Shown: positions 26,376 to 38,665, counted from the first letter of the whole stretch. The stretch is 63,516 bases of DNA, filler included, from Squatina squatina (GCA_031763465.1; 4 parts of 4 records of this genome joined end to end with filler, not necessarily neighbours in it); one strand, 5' to 3'. Notes: generated from the sequence alone by a model not told the origin. Numbers and translations are program-made.

Positions 26376-26905
26376 GAGAAAAGAAAGAAAGACTTGCATT
26401 TATATAGTGCCTTTCACGGCCTCAGGATGTCCCAAAACACTTTGCAGCCAATGATGTACTTTTTGAAGTGTAGTTGCTGTTGTAATGTAGGAAATGTGGC
26501 AGCCAATTTGCACACAGCAAGCTCCCACAAACAGCAATATGNNNNNNNNNNNNNNNNNNNNNNNNNNNNNNNNNNNNNNNNNNNNNNNNNNNNNNNNNNN
26601 NNNNNNNNNNNNNNNNNNNNNNNNNNNNNNNNNNNNNNNNNTAATCTGTTTTTGTGTTGTTGATTGAGTGATAAATGTTGGCCAGGACACCAGGGCTAAC
26701 TCCCCTGCTCTTCTTCAAATAGTTTTACGTCCACCTGAGAGAGCAGACAGTTTAACATCTCATCTGAAAGGCAGCATCTCCAACAGTGCAGTACTCCCTC
26801 AGTACTGCCAGCCTGGATCTTTATGCTCAAGTCTCTGGCGTGGGACTCAAACCCACAACCTTCTGACTCAGAGGTGAGAATGCTATCTACTGAGCCACTG
26901 CTGAC
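26376..26905 (-). mobile_element. SacSINE1-like Deu-SINE, near full length (internal gap)
   Basis: tRNA-like head (GGCTCAGT...GGGTTTGAGTCCCA), Deu core (CTCTCAGGTGGACGTAAAA...GAAGAAGAGCAGGG), L2-like tail ending in (TTTC)n. Confidence 0.88.
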
Positions 26906-27369
26906 AAGAGGATTTAAAATCACTTATTGTATGGTTAGTTTTGTTTGTATCTGGCTGCGTCATGCCATTTGCTCTGTATAATTTTTATGTAAGATTTATG
27001 TTAAAGCCATTTGTGCTGTATATTCATGTTCAGGCCAAACCAGATTGAAATTTCCAGACTCATTTCATTTAGCAACCAGAACAATCCCCTGAGAGAGAGG
27101 GTTAATTTGACTCATCTGTCTGGACTGGATTCCAACCTGTTCAAGAGTTCTCGCACGGTGTGCCATCAGTTGAGATTCAAGACACTTGCAACTGTTTGCA
27201 TTGAGTTTTTGTTTGTTCTTGGCTGGAATTTACTACAATGAGATGTTTCACTTGGAGGATAGAAAGTGTAGCCAGAGCTCTCTTATGATGAGTGGATCTC
27301 CTAGTGATTGATCATATAACAGCACTGATAGCGGTGGGGATTCAGTGGAACAAAATGTCATCTGCAGGG

Positions 27370-27497
27370 TTGTGATGGAGGGTTCATACCCAAAATGTCA
27401 ACTTGTCTGTTATCTCCACAGATGCTGCCTGACCTGCTGAGTTTTTACCTGCATTTTCTGATTTTGTTTCAGATTGCTAGCATCGGTAGTATTTTGC
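27370..27497 (+). mobile_element. Penelope-derived repeat with decayed hammerhead ribozyme motif
   Basis: GTGATGG-A-GGGT-TCAT-ACCC-AAAAT-GTCA followed by CTCCACAGATGCTGCCTGACCTGCTGAGT...CATTTTCTG...CAGA. Confidence 0.6.
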
Positions 27498-27559
27498 TGC
27501 ACTGATACTATCATTCTATCAAGCTGCCTGATCACTCAACAATAGTAACACCAACAAGA

Positions 27560-28045
27560 ATTTTTCAAGCATTTACTTCTTTAACATAGTGAGTGAACCA
27601 AGGTACTTGTAGAGGAGAAGCTGATGCCCAGCAGTGATAGAAACGTTCAGGAGATGACCAAAAGCATAATTGAACAGACAGGTTTTGTGGAGGCTTTTGA
27701 AGGTGAGAAAAGAGATAACAAAGCGGAGGAGGTGTGAGGAGAAAGTTGCAGAGTTTAGGGCTGAGACAGATGAAGGTGCTTAGGGAAGTTAGAGATGAGG
27801 CAGCAGTTATAGATGATGGAAATTTCAAAGGCGAGTTTTTTAAGGAGGGGAGTGATGATGGCAGTTTTGTCGGATACTAGGTGGAACGACAAGGTGGAGG
27901 AACATGAAGAACCTGATGAGAACCAGGGTGTCAAAGGTAGAATCAAGGGAGCAGTTGAGCAGGACATCATAGGTAATGATGTTATGGTGAGTTTAGCACA
28001 AGAGAGAGGGAGATTTGAGTTAGAGATTGTGTGGGTGAGATTTGG
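27560..28045 (-). mobile_element. L2 LINE fragment (RT N-terminal part joined to 3' end)
   Basis: Minus strand KTAIITPLLKKLAFEISIIYNCCLISNFPK matches L2 K.A.ITPLLKKP.LDP....NYRPISNLP; directly joined to an L2 3' region (CCTTCAAAAGCC...TTTTGGTCA), implying an internal deletion. Confidence 0.75.
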
Positions 28046-28139
28046 TGTTGGAAGCTTGTAATATTGTAACATGCACCACACCCTCTTATAGGGCTACGTA
28101 ACCCTTGCTTTTCATGTTCCTTTTAATACACTGATGTCC

Positions 28140-28488
28140 GAATCAGTTTATAATGCTATGGCCTCTGAGTTACAAGGTTGTGGGTTCAAGTTCTACTCCA
28201 GGGCATGGGTATGTAATCGAGTATTAAGCTCAAGATGTTGTTCTTCAGATGATATGTTGAACCAAAGCCCTTTTCAGGTGAACATTAAAGATCCCATGGT
28301 GCTATTTGAGAGTATGGGAGTGTCTTGGCCAAAATTCTTGCCTCCAGCAATGCAACTAAAAACAGATTTGCTGCTCATTCATCTCATTGCTACGTGAAAA
28401 ATAGCTGCTAATAATCACTGTACTTCACTGTAATTAAATGTATGTCTAGGTTAGGTACCTCCAAGAAATATGATAAGGTGCTATATGT
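28140..28488 (+). mobile_element. Old SacSINE1-like Deu-SINE
   Basis: GCCTCTGAGTTACAAGGTTGTGGGTTCAAG head, TCAGGTGAACATTAAAGATCCCATGG Deu core, AAGGTGCTATAT tail. Confidence 0.75.
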
Positions 28489-28692
28489 GTCAGCTCAGTG
28501 GTAGCATTTTTGCCTCTGAGTTTGAAGGTTGTGTGCTCAAGTCTTACTCGAGCGCAAAAATCTAGGCTGACACTCCCAGTGCAGTACTGAGGGAGTGCTG
28601 CACTGTTGGAGCTGCCATCTTTTGGATGTTAAACTGAGCCCTTGTCCATCTCAGGTGGATGTAAAAGATCCCATGGTGCTATTTTGAAGAAG
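28489..28692 (+). mobile_element. SacSINE1-like Deu-SINE 5' half
   Basis: GCTCAGTGGTAGCA...GCAGTACTGAGGGAGTGCTGCACTGT...CAGGTGGATGTAAAAGATCCCATGG. Confidence 0.85.
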
Positions 28693-28766
28693 ATAGATAG
28701 ATTTCTAATCAGTAAGGGAATCAAGGGTTATGGGGAGAAGGCGGGGAGGTGGAATTGAGAAATGTC
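28693..28766 (+). mobile_element. CR1 3' fragment
   Basis: TAGATAGATTTCTAATCAGTAAGGGAATCAAGGGTTATGGGGAG (IDRFLISKGIKGYGE, the end of CR1 ORF2). Confidence 0.8.
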
Positions 28767-31700
28767 NNNNNNNNNNNNNNNNNNNNNNNNNNNNNNNNNN
28801 NNNNNNNNNNNNNNNNNNNNNNNNNNNNNNNNNNNNNNNNNNNNNNNNNNNNNNNNNNNNNNNNNNGAATCAGATTGTCTGGGAAGGTAAACATCATGGA
28901 TTAAAAGCTCATTCCATGCTCTGTACCTGGGCTGTGATAATATAAACAGCCTTATCTCACTAACATAAATTCCAAGAACAGAAATAATATACATTGAAAT
29001 GTATATCCCAAGATCCTTGTTAGACTGAGCAAAACCCGCTGCTTAATACAGGAGCCTCTTTGCTTGAGATAACTGGGAGAAAAAAATTCTAATTTCCACA
29101 TCAATGGCACTCAAAACCTTCCTGAAAGCAGGTTAAACATACATATTTTTCTGTTTCAACATGACTAGGCTATTACCTATTACTAGGAAAGACATAGACA
29201 ATACGTTATGGAAATAATGCATGCATCTGCAAAAAGGATGGTGATACGTTATTAATTGAAATGAGCTTATTGTGCACGTTGCTGAATAGTTTTGTACATG
29301 TTCTTTGTCAAAATTGTCACTCAAAGAGCCTGCAACAAGGCACTAACATGTAAAAGGTCACTGAAGCAAATATTTAATAATATGTACAATTAACACAGTG
29401 CAGTCTCTCTGGGGTAAGGTCATCATACTGCTTAAGAAAATTCTACTCTCTCGATAGTTTCAGTAAATCAGAGAATGAACTTCATCTCTTATTGTGAACT
29501 CATGGAAAACACAGTGCTTTGGAAGCAGCATTTGATTTGAAATCATTCCTTCCTCACAATTTTCAAATAGATGTTTTGACATTAGAATTCTGTAGTAATG
29601 ACTTTGAGCCTTTTATATCAAGACCTACCATTAGGAACTTGATTAGGGGTTGACTTGGAATCCAAATTTAGGTTCCATTATTCAGAAATTCTCAGTTTGG
29701 ATTTCTCAGTGGGTCCAGGGGGATATACTGTACCTGAAATAAAAAGAAAGACTTGCATTTATATNNNNNNNNNNNNNNNNNNNNNNNNNNNNNNNNNNNN
29801 NNNNNNNNNNNNNNNNNNNNNNNNNNNNNNNNNNNNNNNNNNNNNNNNNNNNNNNNNNNNNNNNGTGCGTGCGTGTGTGTGTATATGAGTGAGATCAGCA
29901 CTGGGCTCATCTGTGGTGCTCTATGTGGTCAAATAGCAATTTTCGTGACTATGTAGGTGGAACACCAGAAAGCTGCTGGCTCTCATGAATCCGCATCTCT
30001 TCGGGAAAGGGGTGGAATACATTCAGGGTAACCAAACCTCACTCAGGCAAGTTTCAATATCATTTAAGGAAGTATTCAAAGGTCACAGCCCCATGTTTTG
30101 GAGTTGTGCTGCATGGTGCAAATGTCCTTGGCCACCCTTCAATACATTTTTTTCCCTCTAAAAGTTGGTAAAGAAATGCCACTATTGTTCTCTAAAGGTT
30201 AATGTGACCTGGGTGCTTGTTTTCCATGAATGGACTAGTTGTTGTGGGTGTTAGCAATATTTTGAACTAATCGTATTCCAACATTCTTCAATGGTGCAAT
30301 GCAATCTCTGGCTACTGAACCAAAAACCTCATTTTATACAGTCTATTTTTTAATCATTAAAACCTGAAATGTTATGAGTGGAAAAGCTTTGTGCAGCACA
30401 TCAATGAAAAGAAGGATGATAATCCCATTTTGATTTATATTGTGCTATTATTTTAANNNNNNNNNNNNNNNNNNNNNNNNNNNNNNNNNNNNNNNNNNNN
30501 NNNNNNNNNNNNNNNNNNNNNNNNNNNNNNNNNNNNNNNNNNNNNNNNNNNNNNNNGATGCCCTGTGTCCTGTGCAGTGTCAGGCGATTGCGGAGAAGGT
30601 TGGTGTTGTTGTTAGTGATGATGGTGTGCCTGGTGATGTTGGTGGTTGGATTCTAAGGACCAAGGTGAGATTTTTTTCAAGGGCATCGTTGCTGCTGGAA
30701 TAGATGGCAGGTGAGGTTGAGATGGCAGAGCAATGTCAATGAGAGAGGTTGCTCCAAGGAGGTGACAGTGGATAGAGAATTAACTGCAAACAATTCCAAA
30801 CTGTATACAGCTTAAAAGTATCTTCCAAATTCTGAAGGCTTCACGTTATGGCATTGGAAAGTGAACAGCTGTGAAATGGTAGCTTTTATACCACTTCTGC
30901 AGCTGTCAATTAGTCAAAGCAATGGAGAGTCATTGAGAACCGGCCTCCACTTACCTGGCGTGTTCCCCGAGGGACAGCAAACTTGTCAAACAGTTTGTAA
31001 AATTGTAAGTGCCTACTCTTAATCCTCTAAAATAGCTTTAAACTACCTGTTAAGTTCCTTAATTAACTGGCCCGCCACTTGGTGTCGGGTATGTGATACA
31101 CTGGCAGACCCAACAGTTGGGAGGTGGGTTCAGAGTAGGATCCCGCCCCGCTGTCGGGCTGGGAAGATTCTCCTTTGTGTCTCTTACAGGTGTTAAAATC
31201 AGGGCACGATGCTTGTTCGACAGGACATCCCAGTATATAAAGGATGTGGAGCAGCAACTTTTTTGAGCGTCACGTATGACATGGCGTTGGAGGTCCTCTG
31301 TCTGGACAGCTTTAGTGCACAGGTGACAATTACTTTAAGTGTTGCATGATTTGACAGGAGTAAGATTAGCACAGGTGCAAAATGATGCACGGTCCCATAT
31401 TGTAATCACCAATCCCCTGTGTCTTCCTCCACTTTTGTTCCATTGCGATCTTCGATCATTCCCACAGATAAATGAAAAGGGATGAACCAATTCATCAAAA
31501 AGGCTCAGGAGATTGTTGCAGAATATAAACCCTGGGTGATCATTCTCTGACTCTGTAACGTTTAATAGTGCCAATCACAGCAACGGCCTGGAGTTTAACT
31601 GCAGGTAGATGGTGAGAAAGTGACCTCCTGTGCGTTCAGAGTGACGCGCAGGTCACACATGCTTCACATGTCACTTATGAAATGAATTACCCCTCTCAGC

Positions 31701-32704
31701 CTCTCTCACTAGGGACATGACTACTTTTCACAGCTTGATTTATCCAGGCAATAAAAGAATGTGAAAAAGTAAGCTGTGAGGAGATACTGTGCAANNNNNN
31801 NNNNNNNNNNNNNNNNNNNNNNNNNNNNNNNNNNNNNNNNNNNNNNNNNNNNNNNNNNNNNNNNNNNNNNNNNNNNNNNNNNNNNNNNNNNNNNCACAGC
31901 ACATCAACAAGTTTCTAAGCTGGAGCGTCCAATCAGGAAAATTCAGCTGAAAAGTGAAATATTTTACAGCCTTCATCAAGAGTGGGGATGACACCTTCTC
32001 CCTGGACTCCCAAACCACTTTAGAGTCTTCTTTTTTTCAATTAAAGTGGTAGTAAATCTAGATGACAGTACAGTGCAAGCTGAAAGTCAGTTCTTTTCTC
32101 TAGCTTACTCAATAAAAACTGGTAGGTGGAAATGGTGCAGGCTGGCTGATCAATACTCATGCCTGATTCTGTGTTTTACCTTTTTATTGAGTGAAAAAGC
32201 CCTGCTGGGCCATCAGGAAGGTCCCAAAGGGAAGGACTCGCCCATAGAGTGGGGGAATCGAACTTTGAGAGTGAGTCAGCCTGTGGCTTCCTGCACTTCC
32301 TGATAGTTGGTCACAGAGCTACCGTGTCAGAACCTTGGAAGTGGGTCACATACCCACGGTCTACTTTGCAGAGTGGTGCATGGCTTAGGGTGGGTTTAAA
32401 CTTTGGAATCCTGCCATTGAGTTATGTCATTGAGGTGCAATTGAGCTGCCAGCACTGCCAACTAAATAGCTTCTTCAGCTGCAGAGATCCTTCTTTGGCG
32501 ATGGGCAATCAAGTTAAAAGTTGACCTGGTTGTGCCTTTGACATGATCATGTCAATTTTTCAACTCAGAGCAATGATTGGCTGGAAAACCTGCAATTGGA
32601 GCCACTGTATAACCAATCAGAAGCCAGTGTCTACGATGTATGTCCCACCTCCAAAATGGATGATGCAGTTCCAGAGTCAGAGAAAAACCACTGAAGCAAT
32701 TACT

Positions 32705-33011
32705 TTTGGATGAGACGTTAAACTGAGGTCAAACCTACTCTCTCAAGTGATCCCATGGCACTATTTTGAAGAAGAGCAGGGGAGTTATCCCCAATGTGAT
32801 GGGGATATCCCTCAACCAACAGCACCAAAACTGATTATTTGATTATTATCTCATTGCTGTTTGTGGGAGCTTGCTGTGCGCAAATTGGCTGCCGCGTTTC
32901 CCAAATTACAACAGTAACTACACTTCAAAAAGTACTTCATTGGCTGTAAAACGCTTTGGGACATCGGATGGTCATGAAAGTCGCAATATAAATACAAATC
33001 TTTCTTTCTTT
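32705..33011 (+). mobile_element. SacSINE1-like Deu-SINE (Deu core plus tail)
   Basis: GGATGAGACGTTAAAC...GATCCCATGGCACTATTTTGAAGAAGAGCAGGGGAGTT...CAAATTGGCTGCCGCGTTTCC...(TTTC)n. Confidence 0.88.
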
Positions 33012-33765
33012 CAAGCATTTGTGCACAAATACCCCCAGGTCTCTCTGTTCATTCACCCCTTTAAAATTGGAGCATTTAGCTTGTATGATCTTTCCTCATT
33101 CTTCCTCCCAAAATCTCATATTTTCTGTGTTGAATTTCATCTGCCATATCTCTGCCCATTCCACAGCCGGCCGCTGTCCTTTTGACGTCTATCACTATCC
33201 TCCTCACTGTTTACTACACTTCCAAGTTTTGTGTCATCTCCAAATTTTGAAATTGTCCCTGTGCTCCCAAGTTCAAGTCACTAATGTTTATCAAAAACAG
33301 CAGTGGTCCTCGTACTGAACCCTGGGGAACCCCACTGTATACCTCCGTCCTGTCTGAAAAACAACCATTCAGCACAACTCTCCTTTCTATCCCTTAGCCA
33401 ATTTTGTATCTGTGCTGCTACTGCACATTTTATTCCATGGGCTTCAATTTTACTAATAAGCCTAATATGTGGCATTTTATCAAATGCCTTTTGAAAGTCC
33501 AGATATATATCATCAACCGCACTGCCCTCATCCACCCTCTCTGTTACCTTATCAACAAACTCAATCAAGTTAGTCAAACACGATTTGCCCTTAACAAATC
33601 CGTGCTGGCTCTCATTTATTAGTTCATGTTTGTCCAAGTGGCTGCTAATCTTCTCCCAGATTATTGTTTCTAAAAATTTCCCCACCACCAACGGTAAACT
33701 GATGTAATTGCCAGGTGTATCCTGCTTCCCTTATTTGAACAAGGATGTAGCTTTTGCACTCCTTT
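33012..33765 (-). mobile_element. CR1 LINE reverse transcriptase fragment
   Basis: VVGKFLETII...INESQHGFVKGKSCLTNLIEF...DIYLDFQKAFDKMPH; further on GVPQGSVRGPLLF and KFGDDTKLG (the catalytic FADD equivalent); frameshifted. Confidence 0.93.
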
Positions 33766-34269
33766 ATACCCCTCATGTCACCTCTGCTTGCCCCCATGTA
33801 GCACGGACCCACTCATTCTGCCAGGGGTGCCTTCCCAAGATTCTGGAGCTAGTAGAGCTCTGGTGATGAGGCAGGTGCCTCCAGCGTACAACACATAAAC
33901 CCGGCTGTAATCTGAACCGATGGACACAGTATAAAGGTCCACAGACTGATACTCTTCATGACGACCTTACAATAAAAGATGCATGAGCAAAAAAAAAGGG
34001 AAGAGAAATTTAGAGTGCAACTTAGTTAGGATCAGGGCAAGACTATATGAGTGCTCACTCGGGTTATAGTAGAATCATTTTCCAGTTCTACTTCAGAACA
34101 AAACAAGATTTTCATGATGAATATAGAAACCCCACAGTCTGAGCTCACTGGTTTGTGATCTATTGAGTGTTACCAAGCTGGAAGGTCCCAGGTTCAAACA
34201 GCCCACCGATTCTTGCTTGTTCAGTGTCATATANNNNNNNNNNGGGCCTTTTCTGGGTGGGAGGGGAGA

Positions 34270-34516
34270 TAGCTGGCGCAGGAAGAGGATGGAGGGAAGA
34301 GGAGGGGGAGGCGGAGGAGGAGGGAGGAGGAGATGAGGAGGGAGGAGATGAAGAGGAGAGAGATGAGGAGGAGGGAGGAGATGAGGGAGATGATGAGGAG
34401 GAGGGAGATCTGCAGGAGGGAGGAGATCTGCAGGAGGGAAGAGCGGAGGAGGGTAATGAGGATGTAGGAGATGAGGAGGGAGCTGAGGAGGAGGGAGGAG
34501 CTGATCATGAGGGAGC
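34270..34516 (+). repeat. Purine-rich minisatellite (about 15-18 bp unit GAGGAGGGAGGAGAT)
   Basis: Imperfect tandem copies of GAGGAG(GAG)GGAGGAGAT / CTGCAGGAGGGAGGAGAT; one frame reads E/G/D-rich. Confidence 0.85.
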
Positions 34517-34904
34517 NNNNNNNNNNNNNNNNNNNNNNNNNNNNNNNNNNNNNNNNNNNNNNNNNNNNNNNNNNNNNNNNNNNNNNNNNNNNNNNNNNNN
34601 NNNNNNNNNNNNNNNNGTTGCTGAATAAGTTTTTTTTTAAATCACGACGACACTTGATGCCGCTTTAGTGGAGCTCTCCTGATGGTTCGGTGAGGAAATA
34701 TATCATCAGATGAAGTCCTTAGCCACGCCAACCAAGGTGGTTCCAGATACGATCCTCGGTCTCTGCTAAGATACAAGAAGAATTTACAATCTAACATTTA
34801 ATATGGTGAAGCTGCACCAAGTAGGAATTGAGAGAAAAATTGAAAGGAGGTGACTGAAGGCATTGAATTAGGTTTTGAGGTGGCTTTTGAAGGTTAAGAG
34901 ATCT

Positions 34905-35330
34905 AAGAAAGAACTTGTATTTCTATAGCACCTTTCACCACCTCAGGATGTCCCAAAGTGCTTTGCAGCCAATGAAGTACTTTTGAAACGTAGTTACTGT
35001 TGTATTGTAGGAAACGCAGCAGCCAGTTTGTGCACAGCAAGGTCCCGCAAACAGTAATGTGATAATGACGAGATTATCAGTTTTAGTGGTGTTGGTTGAG
35101 GGAGAAATGTTGGCCAGGACACCGGGGAGAACTCCCCCCGGCTCTTCGAAAAAAGATTCGAAATGTAATCCTTTACGTCCACCTGAGAGAGCAGACTTGG
35201 TTTAGCGTCTCTTCCGAAAGATGGTACCTGAGACAGTGCAGAACTCCCTCAGTACTGCACTGGGGATGTCAGCCTGGATTACGTGCTCAAGTCTCTGGAG
35301 TGCTACCCACTGAACCATGGCTTACACTAG
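34905..35330 (-). mobile_element. SacSINE1-like Deu-SINE, near full length
   Basis: Tail AAGAAAGAACTTGTATTT.TATAGCACC, Deu core TTTACGTCCACCTGAGAGAGCAGAC, head CCACTGAACCA. Confidence 0.88.
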
Positions 35331-35542
35331 CTGTAAAATCAAATAACGAACAATAATAGTAGACAACATCTGCAGAGCAGGTTGATCAAGAGGAAGTTGA
35401 ATTAACCTTTGCTGCTGTTGGAAAATCTGACTTAAGCAGGAGCGAGTGTCATTTGCAAAACACAGCAGCCATTTGAATCTGAGAGTATCATGTGATGTTT
35501 TTATAAGCTTCCCAGAAATAAGACATCCTTTTTGGTATTTTT

Positions 35543-35642
35543 NNNNNNNNNNNNNNNNNNNNNNNNNNNNNNNNNNNNNNNNNNNNTTAATTAATTAANN
35601 NNNNNNNNNNNNNNNNNNNNNNNNNNNNNNNNNNNNNNNNNN
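35543..35642. other. Artificial scaffold linker 44N-TTAATTAATTAA-44N
   Basis: TTAATTAATTAA at 35587-35598 with 44 N on each side. Confidence 0.95.
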
Positions 35643-38353
35643 AAGAGGATGAACATTTTCGCAATTAAAGGCCGGAATTTATAACCAAAGCAAAAACACG
35701 ACTAAGGCTTAAACCAATCCTGCTATCTGGATTTAAAAAATAAAATAAAATATGCTTTATTAAAATTTGCAACCAAAGTATTGTAATAATTTCCATTTAA
35801 GTCAAACCCATTCCCCTTAAAAAGGGTTAAAAACCTGTTTTTCTAAAATGCAGCATAATATTTTTCTATTTCTTATATTGATAGTCTGTTGACCTTAGCA
35901 CAACATTTTAACACCAAAACATTGATAGGCGTTTCATTGAAGCAGAGCTCCATCCACCAATAGGATGGGACTTTTGTAACTGAGCGAGCAACATTATTGA
36001 CAATATAGCTGCCTTTTTAAAAATAAATGAAGAAAATGTATAATGCCCACTTGACATGCAGAAACGGTCAGTAAAATAATAACACAGAAGGACTGCGACC
36101 TTACCCTGCAGCTTTTCTGCTCGCAGACTTTGCAGATATAGGTGTGATTACCTGTCAGAACTATGATGGCCGAACAGTGAAGTGCAGTTTTTATTAGGAA
36201 GGCCTGATCAGAGTGCTGCCACCTTGGCACAATCGATGGTGAGCGAAAGAGAAAGCGACTCGTCCCACGACATCACGCTCTCCTGCGTCCGACACGATCT
36301 CCAGTACGTCAGGGCAACGTACTGCATGCTCCCGGAACTTCCAGCAGGAATCGAGGAGTCGGAGAGGAGGAGATGCTGATTTACTCAGAAGGTCACTTGG
36401 AACAAGCAGGGAGTATTTTTTTTATTTCCATTCGCTCATCATAACGTTACATTTTATGTTTTTTTTGTAGAGAGCGCACCCGAAGAGACTGAAATGGAAA
36501 GTAGCTACTGCATTGCTTCTTGTGGAAGTCTCGATAACGTGCTCTGCCAGGGCTGGTGTTAAACCCGCAACTGAGTGTTTTTCATCCTGTAATGTCTTAA
36601 TGCGAGATAGGTGGTGTTTTTTTTAAGTGCCTCAGTGAAGAAATTCATATTACATTAAAGCTGATATTTAAAGATCTGTGAAATGTGCCACTTTCAATAC
36701 TGTATGTAAAATGGAAACTGACTAGAGAAAGAAAAGTGACATATTTGTAGTTTAACCCGAATAAGGGTCTAAAGCTGTCGACGTATGATGTTGATGCGCT
36801 TGTTGGCTTCGGTTGGTAATTTATCCANNNNNNNNNNNNNNNNNNNNNNNNNNNNNNNNNNNNNNNNNNNNNNNNNNNNNNNNNNNNNNNNNNNNNNNNN
36901 NNNNNNNNNNNNNNNNNNNNNNNNNNNAGTGGCAAAATCGCGGCACCAGTGTGTGGTTGTGTACCCAGAAAGTTATGTCCCACCAATGCTGATACTCCCA
37001 ACACACTGGAGTAATATGACACCCAGTATGTTTAAGTGAATTTATAATCTTTTTCACAGTTGTGACCATAAATCTCACTTCTAGCAGCAAAATACTATTA
37101 GTGGATCCATAAAGTTGACATTATTTACTTCCCCCCCCCCGCAATAATTTTTTTATTCAACTATCATTGAATAAAATATTTCCCTGCATAGTTTACTATA
37201 ACTTACAACTGAGCAAAAATAGCTCACATGAGGAACTCAAGCTGATGATTTTCACTGTCAGTCCAGCAAACCAGCACTCAATTCTCCAGTAAAATACACA
37301 GAAGGAAATATATTTCTTCTCTAACTCAAAACAACTGGACCTATTAAAAGTAATTGTGGAGTTAATAAATGGGGATGAAATTGCAACAGATGGCTGCCAT
37401 TTAAACCTTTCAGAAATATTTTATTGTTTTTAAATACAGTTGCTAATCGTGTGTGCGCGCGCACACGTGAATCCAAATATTCAAATATATGCAAGATTCA
37501 GGACTTACTGCCTCCAAAAGTGCACATCAACTGTTGGTTGCATAATGGTAATAAATTCTGCTTCTGTAATGCCAAAATAAAAATACTTCATCATGAGAAG
37601 GCTTTAGTATGTCCAGTTTTATTTGGTACCACCCCAAACCCTCATCTTGACTTAAATATACTCCAGTTAAAATCAAACTTACAGGTATAACATAAAGCAT
37701 GTTTCGATACCTGGGACACAGATTATGGTTATTTTTAAGTCCCATCATTATGGTCAATTGATTTTTCTATTTGCATGATTTCATATACTCCTAGTGGATA
37801 GTTTAGAATGTTGTGTGCTACTGCTAATTAATAAGCATTCATCATTTTTGAGGTTGCAGTACACTGCAGTACTTAAGAAATCCTATGAGATTTTCAGTAT
37901 TGCCAATGATATCCCACTGACACAGAGGAGTTAATAAGCTGTTTAATGGATTCTATTTGGTGCAATATGAGGTTCTGCTCATGAAGCAAATTAGCCGGCA
38001 AGATCCTGTTAACTTGACTGAGATGTCAGTATAAATGTTTTAATGTGGAAATATCAATCTGCATTGTGAAAGAATTGCAAACTTCCAACATTTTAGTAAA
38101 TCAAGTATGGTTCACTGTTACCCTATTGATCCAAATACTGACCTTTTACAGCTGTACATTTTTATGATTTTGAAGATGAAAACTTGTTGGACTAAATTCT
38201 ATTTTGTTGAAAAATGGATTAAATGCCCCTTTTTATTGTTATTTTTAAACTAATAAAACGGCAAGACGGTTTGGTTTTCAAGTGTGCACTCCCTGAGCAT
38301 GTGATTTTGTTTGCAGAATTTAGATAAACAATCATCATGACACTTGCAATAAT

Positions 38354-38665
38354 GGGGCGGAATTTGCAATGCCATTGGGTCCCTCCGGGTGCGTACGATG
38401 TTCGCGCGCACCCGTAGGGACCTCGCAAGTTCCCAATCTAGGGCTGCACTGCACTGCGCATGCCCATAGATTTGGAACTTGCGATGTATCAAGATTCCTC
38501 ATGACAGATCATCCGCTTGTGCTGGAGAAAGAATTTTCCTGGGCGGAGAGTTGCGCTATTTTCCCAACTCTTGCCCATAGAAAGCTCATTAATTTTCACG
38601 CATGGTAAAAGCAAGCATACAGGCTTACTTTTACCAGCGTAAGAGTTTTTAAAAATGTAAAAATA
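38354..38665. mobile_element. Putative Harbinger-like non-autonomous element, left end
   Basis: CpG-rich block beginning GGGGCGGAATTTGC within AT-rich DNA; truncated by a gap. Confidence 0.5.

Noticed and set aside
30557-30770. GT-rich segment resembling an antisense LINE fragment
   Set aside because: I could not recover a diagnostic peptide motif, so it is left unassigned
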